Shown: in pieces, positions 36,562 to 50,193 of the stretch
How the letters are laid out: the number at the start of each line of letters is the position of its first letter
Numbering within the stretch: the stretch's first letter is position 1
Translations under genes and position numbers: made by a program
Assembly: GCA_050575255.1 (NCBI GenBank)
Contig: JBNZDD010013730.1
Span: 5,234,345 to 5,298,344, forward strand
Direction: 5' to 3'
Length of the DNA stretch: 64,000 nt
Source of the DNA: Harriotta raleighana
Taxonomy: Eukaryota
The notes under the pieces: generated by a model
The model's input: only the letters and a program-made list of their open reading frames with translations
The model's database searches: none
Told to the model about the DNA's origin: nothing

Positions 36562-36703
36562 CTGCTCTATATCCCCCGACCCACCCAACCAGCGACAGCT
36601 GAGTTCTGCCTCTAAACTATGGAATTCCATCCCACAGTCCCTCCACCTCGACCCCTCCCTAGCCTCCTTCAAGTCCCACCTCAAGACTCTCCTCTTCGAC
36701 GAT
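36562..36703 (+). mobile_element. L2 ORF2 3' fragment
   Basis: ctatggaattccatcccacagtccctccacctc...tcaagactctcctcttcgac (LWNSIPQSL...FKSHLKTLLFD). Confidence 0.85.
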
Positions 36704-36743
36704 CAATTATTGACCATTATTTGATGATGAACAACATTAACTC

Positions 36744-36902
36744 GATTACATTTGTACATTGCTTTTCATGTTGGGAGGACGTTCCAAGGTGATGGACAGA
36801 GTTTTGGACCTGAACTGGGGGGCAGGATTGAGGGAGGATGGAGCGTGGGGGGATGGAAGGAGGATGATCGAAAGCATGGTCGAAGAAGAAATTCTTCAAG
36901 GC
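36744..36902 (-). mobile_element. L2 3' UTR/tail fragment
   Basis: attacatttgtacattgcttttcatgttgggaggacgttccaagg...gcatggtcgaagaagaaattcttcaagg. Confidence 0.7.
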
Positions 36903-37391
36903 TTGTTACCTCGGTATAAGCTCAGCCTAGCTATTCTCTTGTTGTATTACCTTTGGTCCTTGCTCATGATTTTTGTCATATTCCTAACTTGTACCTTCTG
37001 GATATTGTACAACTATTGAGATATTACTCAGCTGGATTGGTACAGCATGACAGGCTGTGACTGATGTTACAGCTACACAATAGTGTATGCAAACATTTTT
37101 AGCATTTCCCCAAGCATTCAATACACCTTTGTTGCAATAGCCTGTCAACCTCATAATGGGAGAAAACAGGAGGAACTTTTGCTCCTGACTGAGTATTTTG
37201 TTCCACCACTGAATGCAAAATAACTAACAATTAAATGGATTGGTTTCAACCAACCTTTTTACAGTCAAGATTTACCTCTGTATGTAATGTGTCATTCGGA
37301 AGAGCAGCATTATACCATGCAGGGTTCTTGTCTGAATACATAAGACAGCTTCATTTTCTGCTTCCATTGGGATCGCCCATGAGTCACAGGA

Positions 37392-38130
37392 AACAACAAC
37401 AACAAAACATCATTTGTATAGCGTCTTCCACATCAGGAGGATATACCAAGACACTGGACAATCAATGTTTCAGACCTGAACTAGGATCGGGATTGGGAGG
37501 GTGGAGGGAAACAAAGTGAGGAGGGTCATGAGGTGGGACTTGAAGGAGGCTAGGGAGGGGTCGAGGTGGAGGGGACTGCGGGATGGAATTCCATAGTTTA
37601 GAGGCAGAGTGGCTGAAAGCTCGGCTGTCGCTGGTTGGGTGGGTCGGGGGACATAGAGCAGGCCGGAGCCCGCTGAGCGGAGGGAGCAGGTAGGTTCGAA
37701 GNGCTGGTTGGGTGGGTCGGGGGACATAGAGCAGGCCGGAGCCCGCTGAGCGAAGGGAGCAGGTAGGTTCGAAGGTCATAGAGGTAGGGTGGGGCAAGGC
37801 CATGGAAGGCTTTGAAGGTGAGGACCAGGATCTTGAATTGAATCCTCTGGGTGATGGGGAGCCAATGGAGTCGGGCGAGAATGTGGGAGATTGGGTGGGG
37901 GTCATAAAACTTGGAGTGGTAGAGGACACGGGCTGCAGATTTCTGGATGATCTGCAGCCTATGGAGGGAGGAGTTGGGAAGGCTGATAAACAGGGCGTTG
38001 GCATAGTCAAGCCAAGTGACAGTGGCGGGGGCTGGAGGAGAAGCCATTGGTGGCAAGAAAGTGGAGATGGTGGAAGAGGTAAGAGTCAAACCAGACAAGT
38101 GCAGGTGCATGAAGATTGAGCTGGGAGGAA
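37392..38130 (-). mobile_element. L2 LINE 3' portion (ORF2 C-terminus, UTR, tail)
   Basis: ORF 37598..38110: LDYANALFISLP..SLHRLQIIQKSAARVL...LARLHWLPITQRIQFKILVLTFKAFHGLAPPYL; then RAFSHSASKLWNSIP; tail at 37392-37455. Confidence 0.95.
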
Positions 38131-41100
38131 AGGCAGTGTAGGAGGATGGACAGTCGAAGGCAGCAGAGAGGTCAAGGAGGCAAAGAGAGCCATGATCACA
38201 GTTGTTTTGCGTAAAATTATGTTATTGCACATGCTGCAAAGTAGAACTAATTGTTTCAGATGTTTCAGCATCTCACAATAAAAAAAGATTGCACAACATC
38301 ATCAAAAGAACTACAATCTGAGTTCAGTGACTTGAATACCAGCCTAGAATGAGGAGCTGGACCAGTTCTAGGAGAGACTAAAACCCTGTCTTCTATTCCC
38401 GTGTGACTGGCACCCGAGCCGATTTACTCCACTCCACTACCCATCAAGTAATGATGGATTGATTGGTTTGATTGATTGATGACTTATTTCACACTCAGTT
38501 CCTATTGATAAGTACCATGCTGTCCTTGGAAAGCAGACCAACCCCATGTAAATTAATAGCAGTTCTTTTGCTTTGACACTTTGAACTCATCAGTTAAAGT
38601 TAAGGCTACGAAAATCAATGCATTTTGCCATTGTTTCCTATCCCCGTGTGTTACGCTCAGAGCTAGGAAACAAACCATATCCAGCAGCACTCCAACTAGC
38701 AGAAGTTCTGACTTTGGCGGGAGCAGTGAGGCCGAGGAAATACTGTTCCTGCCTTCGGGGATGCAAATTACTATCTCAAGATGGGTTTTTAAAAGTACGG
38801 CCAAAGGCAGCAATGTAAGTGTTATCATTAGGAGTGTTAGAACCATTTTGTCTGTCTGTTGGTGAGCCGAAAAACTAAATTAATTTGGAATCTTTCACAA
38901 ACATCTGGTTGTGTTAAACGTCTCATTGGCCCGGATTTTTATCCCACGCACTGAAGCAAATTGTGGAATATTTTTATAATTTTGCATCTAAATAAGCTAT
39001 CTTCTGACACCAAACATCTACAACAGCAAAATACCTGGCATTTGTACATTTGAGATCATGTAAATATATTACATTTTGGCTGCATCTTCTATTCTAAGGC
39101 AGACCACACAAATGTACAGCAAGTTAATTGACTCTAGTGTAGATTCCTGCTGTTTGGAAATGTTATACTGCAGTTGTTTGCAAACTGAGCAGTTTACATC
39201 TTAAGCTATTCAATAGTTGATATGATGTATGCTGCTTTATCCTGTGTGATAATACGCATTTAAGGAATAGCATTTTCCTGAAAGGATTGCAATGCAGAAA
39301 ATATCTGAAAAATCATACAATCCCCCACATGGCCCTAAAAAATGGGTCTGAAGTGGATAACCTGAAACTGTTCAATTCCTTGCTCAATGTGCTCTTGAAT
39401 GCAACATAACACATAAAGGATAATTACCATTGTGTATCAGCTTCTTCATTGTTCTGGGGTTTTATACAGTATATCTGACAACGGTTAGCAATTATTTCTC
39501 ATGCATCTTGAGTGACTGTAGTCTAATGATCTACAACACAATTTAGGACCTTCACCAAATGCAATATACTATAGCCATGCAGCAAATCTGCGGAGCCAGA
39601 TAGATACTGAATGGGAATCAAGACGGATTTGGTTTAAGAATCAGGCAGGAGGTAAACCTCAGCAACAGAGACAGACAAGACTCTCTGCCTCCAAAACGTG
39701 TGGTTTCACCTCACTGAGGTGCTCACATCATTGTTGTACCACAGTCTCTCTGGTGTTACAGTCAACAGCCAAAGCACGTTCTCTACAACAGCACTGACCT
39801 GGCGAGTCACTCCTACAATACTTTTTGTTTTTCCCCATGGAAATAGAAGTTTCTTGATCCCAGATCAATCCCATTTTCCTAAACTGTCAGTAATTGACTC
39901 CCGTCACCTTCCAATCAAACCTACCTGCAGGTTTGTGTGTGTTAACAGGGAATTGGGTCATGTTGCCAATGTCCAAGCAACAGTTAATTCAGATTGAAGT
40001 CTGTAATGGAGTTGTTAATAGCATTGATAAATGACAGCAGTTCTGGCATGGCCTACAAAATTATCTCCAATGCAAAGTCTAATCATTATAAACTGTTCCT
40101 AAACTGGGGTAAATGGGAAGAAACTAAAACCGATGTTCCTTGATTTCTGTCCAGTTCACACTAAAACCGATGGCAATGTAAACTGCATATCAACCTCTGT
40201 GCAAAACTGCATCAGATTATGGAAAAAAATACTTTATTTTATCCCACTTAGTATTTTTCTCAACTAGAAAATGTAATGTTTAATTTGCCATATCTACATC
40301 GTACAGCAAAATGAAAACCTAGAGGAAATAGATTTCAAATCCAAAAATATTTCTTCTCCTCAAGCTGGTAAATGTTTTTCGCTAACACAAGAACATTCTT
40401 CCCGCTTGAAAAACAAAATAAAGTTTTTATCATTTGTAAACTGAAGTCATATAAAGTCACATTTTTCATGACATAAGTCTAGTTACCTCCTGCTGTATTT
40501 GGTTGATACAAGTGTCTCCACAATGTTTGGATTCAGGCATTTCAAGATTTAGGGACCAAGAAAAACTGGGTTTGAAAATGTGGCATTTGGAAATGAATTG
40601 TAAGTTTGAATTGGTAAACAGATGTGAATCGCACAAACTTATGGAGGCCCCACCCTGATATGCCTAGCAGGCCATAATTGCAGAGTAATGAAAAGCTAAG
40701 GTGCAAAAGTAGGCAATGGCTACTTAACTCTAGTGTAGGAAGTAATATTTTCAGGCACACTATGGACCAAATTCTCGGCTGGAGTTCCCATTTTGCTTTG
40801 ATAATGGGTCGATATGAACAGCTTGAAAGCCTGGATAAACTTTCTTTACTTATGAAGAAATTAAAATTCTATATAATAATACAATAAATAACAAACATCC
40901 TTGCAATCAAGTTGGGAGAATGTCTCAAAGCGCTTTCTAGGATTTATTGCAAAGTGCAGTGACTGTGTATTTAACAGGTCATTTGAGAATATGTTGTAGA
41001 AATACTGTAACTAATCTTAAAAAGATCAACATCTGCATGGAATACTGTGAGATAATTTGCATACCAGGAGAACACTAAATCTGTGCTACTGAGGGATTAT

Positions 41101-42325
41101 AAAATTTAGAGGCATCACATTAGACAGCAGGAAACCTCACTAACTTTTAGATATTCTTATAATAATTATTATTATTTTTGACCTATTATTATAACTTATA
41201 TTATAATATCATATTAGTCTTATTATGACTCACGGAGGCCTTGTGTGATCTCAACAACAGCAAAATTACACCTGTATACTGTAGTCAAACAAAGAGGATC
41301 GAAAGTGAATAAACAGAATTTATATTAAATTTTTCTGCTGATTTTTGATCTTGCTCTACAACAATGCAATTTTAAGCACCTGACTCACTTGAAAGCATAC
41401 CTTATCACATTTGCCTGATCGATGGATGTTTAGCTAATGCATACAATAGGGTTTATTACACTTGTTATGTTCTTTTGATTATCTTTTGAATGCATGTTTT
41501 CCATGATTGTGAAAGGAGAACTATTCTTTCAAAATATTAATGAGCCTTCAAGCTTGTTCAGAATGTCATCACTGGAATTGTTATACTCTTTCCACCCACC
41601 TCCCCAGTGATAAAAGAATCACTTGTGAAATATTGCATTAAAATATGTTTCATGGTAGCCATCAAAATGGGAACAACATTTTGATTTGATTGATGTTGCC
41701 CGACGGCCATCAGGCTTCCAACGTTTGTTTACCAAGTATGTAGGTCTTGAAGACTTGGACGTCCTGAAGCTGAGCAAAGCTGGTTTGAAGTTACATTTTG
41801 GGGAGTAACTTGTTTTCAGTATGGGCAACAATTTCAGCAATAGGGAAATTTAAAAACAAATCATGTATATTCTATGAAATAATCTTTGGGTACTATTTCC
41901 CTAAGGAGATAGAGTAGTTCAACAAAGCTCATGATACTATAGGTTTTGCATGAAAGGGAGCAAGCTTGATTGCCAAATGGCTTTTTATTCAGCCCATGTT
42001 TTCGTTAGTAGAGAGTGCCTTTTAGTGTACAACAGTGCTCTAAGTTAGTAAGAATTTAACTGTAGAAGCAAGTTGCTTCCTGGTTCTCTGTATGTTTTTA
42101 TGGTTTGGTCAGATTGGAACAAAAGAGGGTAGAATCAGGTGATATAGGTATATAGGTGAGCGACATACTAACAGTAAAGGTGGAGTGAAGGGCACTGTTG
42201 GGGTGGCAATGGAAATCGATTTGCAGTTGATTTCAGACTTTTCCTTAGGTCCATTAAATCTACCTTTACTTCCAAGTTTTGGAAGAACTGCCGTACAACA
42301 TCTCCTTCATCTGCTTGTTTTTCTC

Positions 42326-42759
42326 GAATTCAAGATCCTCGTCCTCACCTTCAAGGCCACTCACGGCCTTGCCCCCGCCTATCTCCCTGACCTGCTGACT
42401 CCCTATAAGCCTGACCGCACCCTCCTTTTAGCAGGCTCAGGTCTGCTCCGCATCCACCGCCCTAGCCGCCCAACCATCGGTGGCCGGGCTTTCAGCCTCT
42501 CTGCCCCCACACTTTGGAACTCCATCCCGCTGTCCCTCCACCTTGCTTCCTCCCTTTCCTCCTTCAAGGCCGGTCTCAAGACCTTTCTCTTTGACCGCAC
42601 CTTTGGCTCCCCCCCTTGACTCTTCCCCCTCTCCCACTCTCTTTCCCCCTCCCCCTACCCCCGACTCCCCCCCCGTTTGGATCCCGACCTGACTGTTCAG
42701 CGCTTTGGGACGTCCTCCCAACGTGAAAGGTGCTAAATAAGTGTAATTTTGTTGTTGTT
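42326..42759 (+). mobile_element. L2 LINE 3' end, 5'-truncated
   Basis: EFKILVLTFKATHGLAPAYLPDLLTPY...GGRAFSLSAPTLWNSIP...FKAGLKTFLFD, C-rich UTR, tail gcgctttgggacgtcctcccaacgtgaaaggtgcta...ttgttgttg. Confidence 0.95.
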
Positions 42760-42769
42760 TAGTTTGTGA

Positions 42770-43068
42770 AGCTCAGTGGTTGGAGCACTCACATTACAAG
42801 TGTGAGATCTGTGTTTTGAATGCAGGCAGGTCAGGGCGAAACCCTGGGCAAGTTTCCTTACTCCACATGCCTAATAATAATCCAAAAAGAACCTATAATA
42901 AATTGGTCATTTTCAATCCACGATTGTTTGTGGGTCACTGCTGTGCGTAGTTGGCTGCTGCGTTTCACCCACAAAATACAGTCAATTCACTTTACAGTAT
43001 ATTCTGTGAAGCGCTTTGAGACATCCAGATGATTGAAAAGAGCCACATCAAATGCAAGGATTATTATT
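42770..43068 (+). mobile_element. Near full-length tRNA-derived SINE
   Basis: gctcagtggttggagcact head with decayed B box; collinear with 55335-55640; ends tcaaatgcaaggattattatt. Confidence 0.9.
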
Positions 43069-43305
43069 TTTATAGTTGCCAATCCTGTTTCTCCTATTAT
43101 TTCTCCATTCTATGTCATTCCCATTGTTTTTCCACATAAACTGTAAAATGCCGTCCATTGACTTGAAACTGGAGGCATTTGTTTGCTCCCAAGGATCAAC
43201 CTTCAACTCCTCCTCTAGATTGTAAATATTTTGTAAAATTTTGTTCTCTGTTCTCCTTTTAACAAGGATCCCCTCAGTTGGTGAAATGATTTGGGTCTGA
43301 TGCTT

Positions 43306-43415
43306 TGTGAATTGACTGTATATTTTGTGGGTGAAACTCACCAGCCAATTGCACACAGCAGTGTCCCACACACGGTCATGGATTGAGTGATACATTTTTT
43401 TTAAAGGCATTATTA
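43306..43415 (-). mobile_element. SINE body fragment
   Basis: gtgaattgactgtatattttgtggg...cagccaattgcacacagcagtgtcccaca...catggattga. Confidence 0.8.
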
Positions 43416-43555
43416 TCCTTGGAAAAGCGATCCGCCAATCATTTTATATATAGTACATAAGAAACTAGCACATGAAAAAGGACATCCAAGCCCATTGACC
43501 AAGCTTCTTTCTTACATTGTCTCTATTACAATGTGGAGAGCATGTAATAACACGA

Positions 43556-43730
43556 ATAATACTAATAATCCTTGCATTTGACATAGCGCTTTTCACGTCT
43601 TCCAGATGTCTCACAGAATATATTGTAGAGTGAATTGTTGTAAGAAACATTGTACCATTCTCTCTAGTATAATTATATTCCTTGCATTTGATATCATGCT
43701 TTTCACATTGGATGGACACCTCAAAATATT
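43556..43730 (-). mobile_element. Two tandem SINE tails
   Basis: ataatccttgcatttgacatagcgcttttcacgtc at ~43565 and ttccttgcatttgatatcatgcttttcaca at ~43678. Confidence 0.7.
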
Positions 43731-44701
43731 TTACATCTTACTGTAAATTACAATGCAGTAATATACTTTACAGTATATTCTATGTATTTGTGTTGGTGAA
43801 CACCTACAAATTAGTTATATTGACACCACCTAACTTACTTGATCTCCCGAGGAAATGTTTTACAGCTTTTCTGCCTTCAACCACCCCCCAACATGTAAAA
43901 TCGGAAAAAAAAATCCATTAGATCTCTCTGATCTTACGTTGTTGGTCATCCTTGATAGGGTGATTTCCCTGACATAACATTTCCCGAGTTTAGCAGCAAT
44001 CATTTATATGCAAAGTATTTCTCCCTGCACATATCCTTATACAACTTTCAATGCTCCTCCAAAAATTCATGTAAGTTTTTCAAAAAATATTCATCAATAC
44101 AGTATTAATCGCTTTAGCTGAAAGTCTTTCCGCTGACTTGCTACTCTCTGGGGTGAAACAAAATCCTTCTAATCTCAAGTTTTGCTTTGCCTGAGCCACT
44201 TTGAGTTTGCATACAGCTCTGAGTCACAACCTAAGCTAAATAACTTCCTTGTGCCTACTTTATCCATTCCTCTCTGCATTTGTATACACATATATATGCA
44301 ACTTTATGGTTCCACATATATTTTAAATTGTCTTTTCTTTGCAGGAAATAAATTGAGGTCCATGAATCTCACTTCATATCTCAGAGTGCTAAATTATGGA
44401 ATCAACATATTCATTCTTCTTTGAAAAATCTCCAGCTTGTCTATCAAATGCTGCCTCACCAATGGTCCACATGTATTACAATATCTCTGTATGGTTCCAG
44501 TATATTGTTGACCTCGTTGATACAAATTTTAAATTGTCTTTTAGTCAATAATCACAACCCAAATCCTCTTCCGTCTGCAATCTTTGATTATGAGCTTGTT
44601 TAATGTGTTTTGCTGGCCTATCATTAGTTTTACACATACAAGTATCTGCATTAAAATCCATCTGTCATCCATGCAGCTTTATGGTTTTATACATATACCT
44701 G

Positions 44702-44731
44702 TATATAATATATATATATATATATATATAT
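44702..44731. repeat. (TA)n microsatellite
   Basis: Direct read. Confidence 0.9.
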
Positions 44732-46358
44732 CGATCTCCTTCTGTTGCAGTTCGTTACTCACTTTAAATCAACTAGAGTATATGCTGGGCATCAGAATTT
44801 TAAATCAACTGTGGATCGGGCATCGTAACTTGAAAGAGAACTGATTTGTGACCATTCTTAAAGGAGCAGCCAACATGCTGATGATTTTAAGATGCACAGA
44901 GATTTTTAATGATGAATGCAAACAACATTATTAAAACAATCCCACTGATCAAGTTTCCAAACTTTTCATCAGTTGACAATTTTTCAGTGCCATTTTCAGT
45001 CCGCATAGAGCTGGATGTGCATTTATGATTCAGCTCTTTCCGCGTAAGCATTCCAACTCTCTCAGAATCTGGGATCACTTTAAATTGGCAAGGTCATCCA
45101 AATATTTACAAAACAGCAGCTCGAAGCAATGAGAGAAAGAACATCCATTATTAAAGTACGGAAAATGCCAAAATGCCACCCAAAGGATTACTTGTCATAT
45201 TAAAAGTGAAGTCCTGTTATTGTCACTTTCTTTTGGCTGACGAATTCTGAGTAATAATCAAACTATTTCACTTTATGAGTGAATATGCTTTCTCAAACAC
45301 ATCAAATTTAATCCCTCAGTTGTGGATAGGTAGCCATACTGTACTTCACAGTTGAAGATTATGTTGAAAGTTTAAAGGAAATAGCACACGAGGGAAATCA
45401 AATGTGGATGGTTTCAAAAAAGTTAAAATATTGTTTGGGTCTAAATAACTTTATGTGAAGAATTAAATTTAGTTACTTTCCTGTATCCCAGAAAGCGGAG
45501 TGACACGAATACAAAAATGCAGATTGCAAGGGACAATTATGTCTTCTCTTACCACACAAAGTTTGAAGAAATGGAGGAAATAAAATGATCTAATTTGAGA
45601 TGATAATGGTTATAAATTTATTCACTGAAACACATTTTGTTTTAGAGTTCAAGATGGTATCACTCTAAACATTTGGAATAAAATCTCCCCAAAACTGGCA
45701 CTTAAAAATAAGTGGTCCTTATTCCAAATAGCCTACAACGTTAAAACAATAATGATCCCTTATTCCATTAAGTCTTATTTTGTGTACAAGAAGCAGTAAC
45801 TATAATGATGATAATTTTGCTACAAATGATTATAATGATGGCACAGTAGTGAGTTTAACAACAGCCTAACCTCTACTGAATAGATGATTTCAAATACTGG
45901 CAACCATCCTTCCACTGCAGATGTCTCTCAAGCTGCATAGCTCTGCTCAGCAATGCATAATTAAATTAAAGATTGATAATACAGTACTGGCTAAACGTTT
46001 TGATAACTGAAGAAAGCATTTTCCAATTCCATCTGAACTGATTGTTCAAACGGTCTAATTTTTAAAAATCTTATTTGANAAAGCATTTTCCAATTCCATC
46101 TGAACTGATTGTTCAAACGGTCTAATTTTAAAAAATCTTATTTGAGAAAATATTGAAAGTTTTCATCTTAACAATTCGCCCACAGAACTTTCCAGGTGAC
46201 AGATTGAACTATTGAGTGAAAAGTTAATCTTGACATATGTACTACTACATAAGGGCATTTCATATATCAATGTAATATTGTAAGTCATTCACTCACCCCT
46301 TCTTTACTGATGATTTCTTTTTCTCATTCACTTCAAATTATTAAATTCCACCAACTGA

Positions 46359-46359
<1 letters not shown>

Positions 46360-46396
<37 letters not shown>
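46360..46396. repeat. (CA)n microsatellite
   Basis: Direct read. Confidence 0.95.
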
Positions 46397-46399
<3 letters not shown>

Positions 46400-48224
46400 T
46401 ATACTCAACCTCGTAAATGCAGATTACATTGGAGTCAGAATGAAGAATTACTCAAGGGAAATCAAATGTGGCTATTTTAAAGATAAAGTTTGATTGAAAT
46501 CCAATTTTTAATATGTTTGGGAAATCTAAACGACATTGTTGAAGAAATAAAGTTAGCAAAATGTACCCCAATCTGGAGTGTCATCGGAGTTCCAGGAAAA
46601 TATTTCAAGAATGTGTAAGCACAAACTACTTCTCTATTCATTTCGATGTCCTGTCTTGCTACTTTTTAAAAAAAATGACTGGAGGCTTTTTTGATCAAAC
46701 AAAACCTTTTGTAATTAAGTGGAATTATTTAACTGTCACGACACAGGCTGCTAAAATGATACATATCACAGCCCAAAATTGAGAAATGATTCCAGGCAGA
46801 GTGAATGGAAAGGGCAAGAATAAATTAAGGTTTTGACAGGATTGTACTTTATATCATTTTCTCTACAGAGTCAAGGTACCGGTACAAATCTACCTTATTT
46901 CAATAATAAAAAAATTATTCTCTGAGCTGTCAATCAAAACTTTGCTATCCTTTGTACAACTTATTGGGAAATTTCTCTTTATAAGAATATATTCTTCAGT
47001 TAATGTTGGCATTTCTGCAGTTCACCTCTACTGCTTCAAATCTTCATGCAATGTATTGTTTTAATCTGGTCCTCATCCATCCGAAACAGCTTATCACAAG
47101 TTACGAAAAAAAAAAGTGATCTTTTTGGTACTTGTCTATAATTCGATTTTCTATTCTTAAAAAGTTAACAACCCTTTAGCATTTATTTAAAAAAAAAGAG
47201 ATTGGCCTTTGATGGACCTCGCAGATAAAGTGCAAAACTTCTAGAAGATCTAAAAATAAGATTCTAGATCAAAGAGAAGACAGCGTGTTTCAAAGTACTG
47301 ATTGGATCATTTAGTGAAAAATGTAGTGAAAAATAACATTAGCTTCAAATAGGCACTGAGGACTACTGTAGGAGATATTATCTCATAGTAATGTGTAGTG
47401 AGTTGCTAACATATACTTTTGCAGAGGCTAGGAAAATTTTCTTTTTTTAATTTATGGGAACATTTTTAAGATCCTCTCCATGCTCTTTCTGTTGGGTTGT
47501 TAAGACTTTCTAAGCTATTTCAATCATGCTTTCTGGGACATGCAGGAGCCTCTCAGACAAATTTGGCTCCAACGAAAATTACGCTTGTTCCAAAAGCCAA
47601 TCAGTAGGTGGTTGAATTAACAGAGTCTGTACAGCACTGCTCCCAGGGACAAGCATCTTTTCCATTTCAAAATTATTTGACAATTATTTGACAACAAAAG
47701 ACATTTTGCGGGCTTGAGCAGATCACCATGACAACCTTTTCTACTGAGACATCAATTTTCACCTCTTGATTGTTTTGAAAGATTAAGGAAGCCACTGGAA
47801 AACAAAACTTTGGAGCCAACATTAAATTATGATTGGACTCAAAGAAACTCTGCACTTCACTTTGGAACGAAAGCTCAGCTTGTTGTTTTCTTATATCCCC
47901 CTACAACACCCCTGACATATTCACAATTCATGAGATTTTAATCTCATGTAACATTTCATTGTAACTTTGCAACATCTTGGGTCTATATGTCATTGGAAAA
48001 GGGAACATTTGGGTCAGAGAATTTCTTGCATAAAAGTATAGAAATCAGCAAATAACATTCCTTAGAGGAAGGAGGAAATTGGGATGCGTTGAACTTAGGC
48101 TGCTAAAAATGCAGGTCCAGTTAAAAAAAACAATTTGCATTTATATATCATGCAGCATTGTACACCACACTGGAAGCAGATTTGGAAGGTCAAACAATTA
48201 ATGAAGCAATTGAACATTGGCATT

Positions 48225-48435
48225 GGGGAACTGTATCGGGGTACAAGGAAATATTTTGTCATATCTACAACAATTTGCAGCTGGAATGGGTTACGAGAAC
48301 GGATGTTTGGGTCCAGAATGCTGGACTCATATAAGTTTAGTTGTATGATGGAGGACTGTGAGAAAGGTGTTCTGGATGGACGAGCTGAAATGGGACAACT
48401 GGATGTATTCACCAAACCTAAAGCATTGTTATTGC
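48225..48435 (+). mobile_element. Decayed CR1-like 3' end
   Basis: YRGTRKYFVISTTICSWNGLRERMFGSRMLDSYK resembles RKxFFxxRVIxxWNxLPxxV...FK; tail ggatggacgagctgaaatgggac. Confidence 0.5.
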
Positions 48436-50127
48436 CTTGTGAATAGCAGTGTTCATGGCCTAATTACATGCCCGGTTTATTCCTTTCTTTTCAATGCTAC
48501 TCCAACAAAAGACATAGAATGGAGTACAAACAAGATAGTCCACAAATAAATGTGCTCCCTTTTCCCAAAAGATCTCACCATTAAAATAATCATGTTTTTC
48601 CCTTTCCATTCAGTCTTACTTGGTGCATGACTAATGGTAACCATAAGGCTGTTGAGGACAGGATAAATGCATCTGAGTTAAGAATGTAAACGGAAGGACC
48701 TACAGAGATTTTTAGATAAAGCACAAAGGCTTACTCAAGCTTTTTTTTGAAGAGGGAATGTTCTCCAAAAGTACACAAAGTATTTTGACGTTTGAGATGA
48801 AAACAAAGAGCGTCTCATGTATGTATGTTTGTCTGCCTCACGCATAAAATGGAGGGGAGGGGGGGGGGGTTCGGTGGAGAGTGTCGGGGAGTGATGCAAA
48901 ATGTAAAATGACCCTGAGGTGGGGAAGCCTTGCATTTCTTTAATGGGTTTGATACTGTTGGACACAAGAGTAAATATATATCAACAAATAAACAGATATA
49001 TTTTGATTGATTAAAAAACCCCACAAAAGTATTGTACTAATACTGTATTAATAGGTTGGATTTCCTTACAGTTATGGAATTTTTGTTTTCTTCCTAAAAT
49101 GTTACTTCTCAGATGAATAATTTTAATATGGAAATGGAATGGAAAGTTTGAAAATGGTATTAACATAACACTTAACCCACAATCTGTTTTAGCTTGCCTG
49201 GGAGCAGCAATGAACAGACCAAAGGAAATATTAAATAAATGTTTACCATCTGATCTATATTTACTTCAAAAGGCTCTTACTTGAAATATGAAAATCATGT
49301 TTACCAATTCTAAGCCAACAGCTTAAATCATTCACGGAGTAGTGAAAGAATCTGGGATGCTGAATTCATACTTAATCACTTTTTATCTAAGCAATGTCTT
49401 TGTACAAACAGAGCCCATTAAATGATATGCAAAGGAATAACATGATTATTTTCATTCCAGATAAATATTTAATAGCATTCCTCCACCTTACCTAGAAAAT
49501 ACCAGGTTTTAAACTTGATTGCAGTTGTGGATATTCCATACGAGATATGGACAGTGAGGAAAGTATTTCAAATTTTGTGACAGAAACACTGGTATTTCTT
49601 AAAAAGAAAATATTAAAATTAGTTTGGAAAATTTGCATTCCAACACTCATATCAACTATTCCCATGTGCACAAACCTTATCTTGACAAGAGTTATCTTGG
49701 CAAATCCTCCGACTATGTGAAGAGACAGACTAATTGTTAGCTGAAGGGTCCTGTTGCCTGGATTTACACAAGTTTTGAGAAATGATTCCATCCAATTGAG
49801 CTGAACCATCTACCACAAAATCAGAAGATTTCTGCTGGGAAATAGAAATAAGATCAAAACTTAATTGCACTAATTCTCAACTCCTGCTTTGATTGCTGGA
49901 AGCAATGCCACTTGACCTTTCAGACAATTATAAATGTTCTTGTTTTTATGTACTGTAATTTCAACATAACTTGCTCCTTTTTAAAATATGTATTGTGACA
50001 ACAGTCCATCAGACACTTTCCATTTAAGTCTTTGTCTTCCTAGGCGATTTTTGTTCACAGATATCCTTCGAAAGAATTATTGGCACGTCATTATACTCTC
50101 GGAGGTGAACAAAGTATCTTTCTGTCC

Positions 50128-50193
50128 AGCGCCTTGGGATGTCCTCCTGACGTGAAATGCGCTCTATAAGTGTAATTTTGTTGTTGTTGTTGT
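50128..50193 (+). mobile_element. Short L2 3' tail
   Basis: cagcgccttgggatgtcctcctgacgtgaaatgcgctctataagtgtaattttgttgttgttgttgtt. Confidence 0.8.

Noticed and set aside
37462-38119. Long overlapping ORFs (182, 170, 105 aa) as host genes
   Set aside because: All are frames of an L2 fragment, inflated by the N-gap duplication
39420-39500. GLYSISDNG*Q resembling a Gypsy integrase SDNG motif
   Set aside because: Only a few matching residues and no supporting flanking motifs
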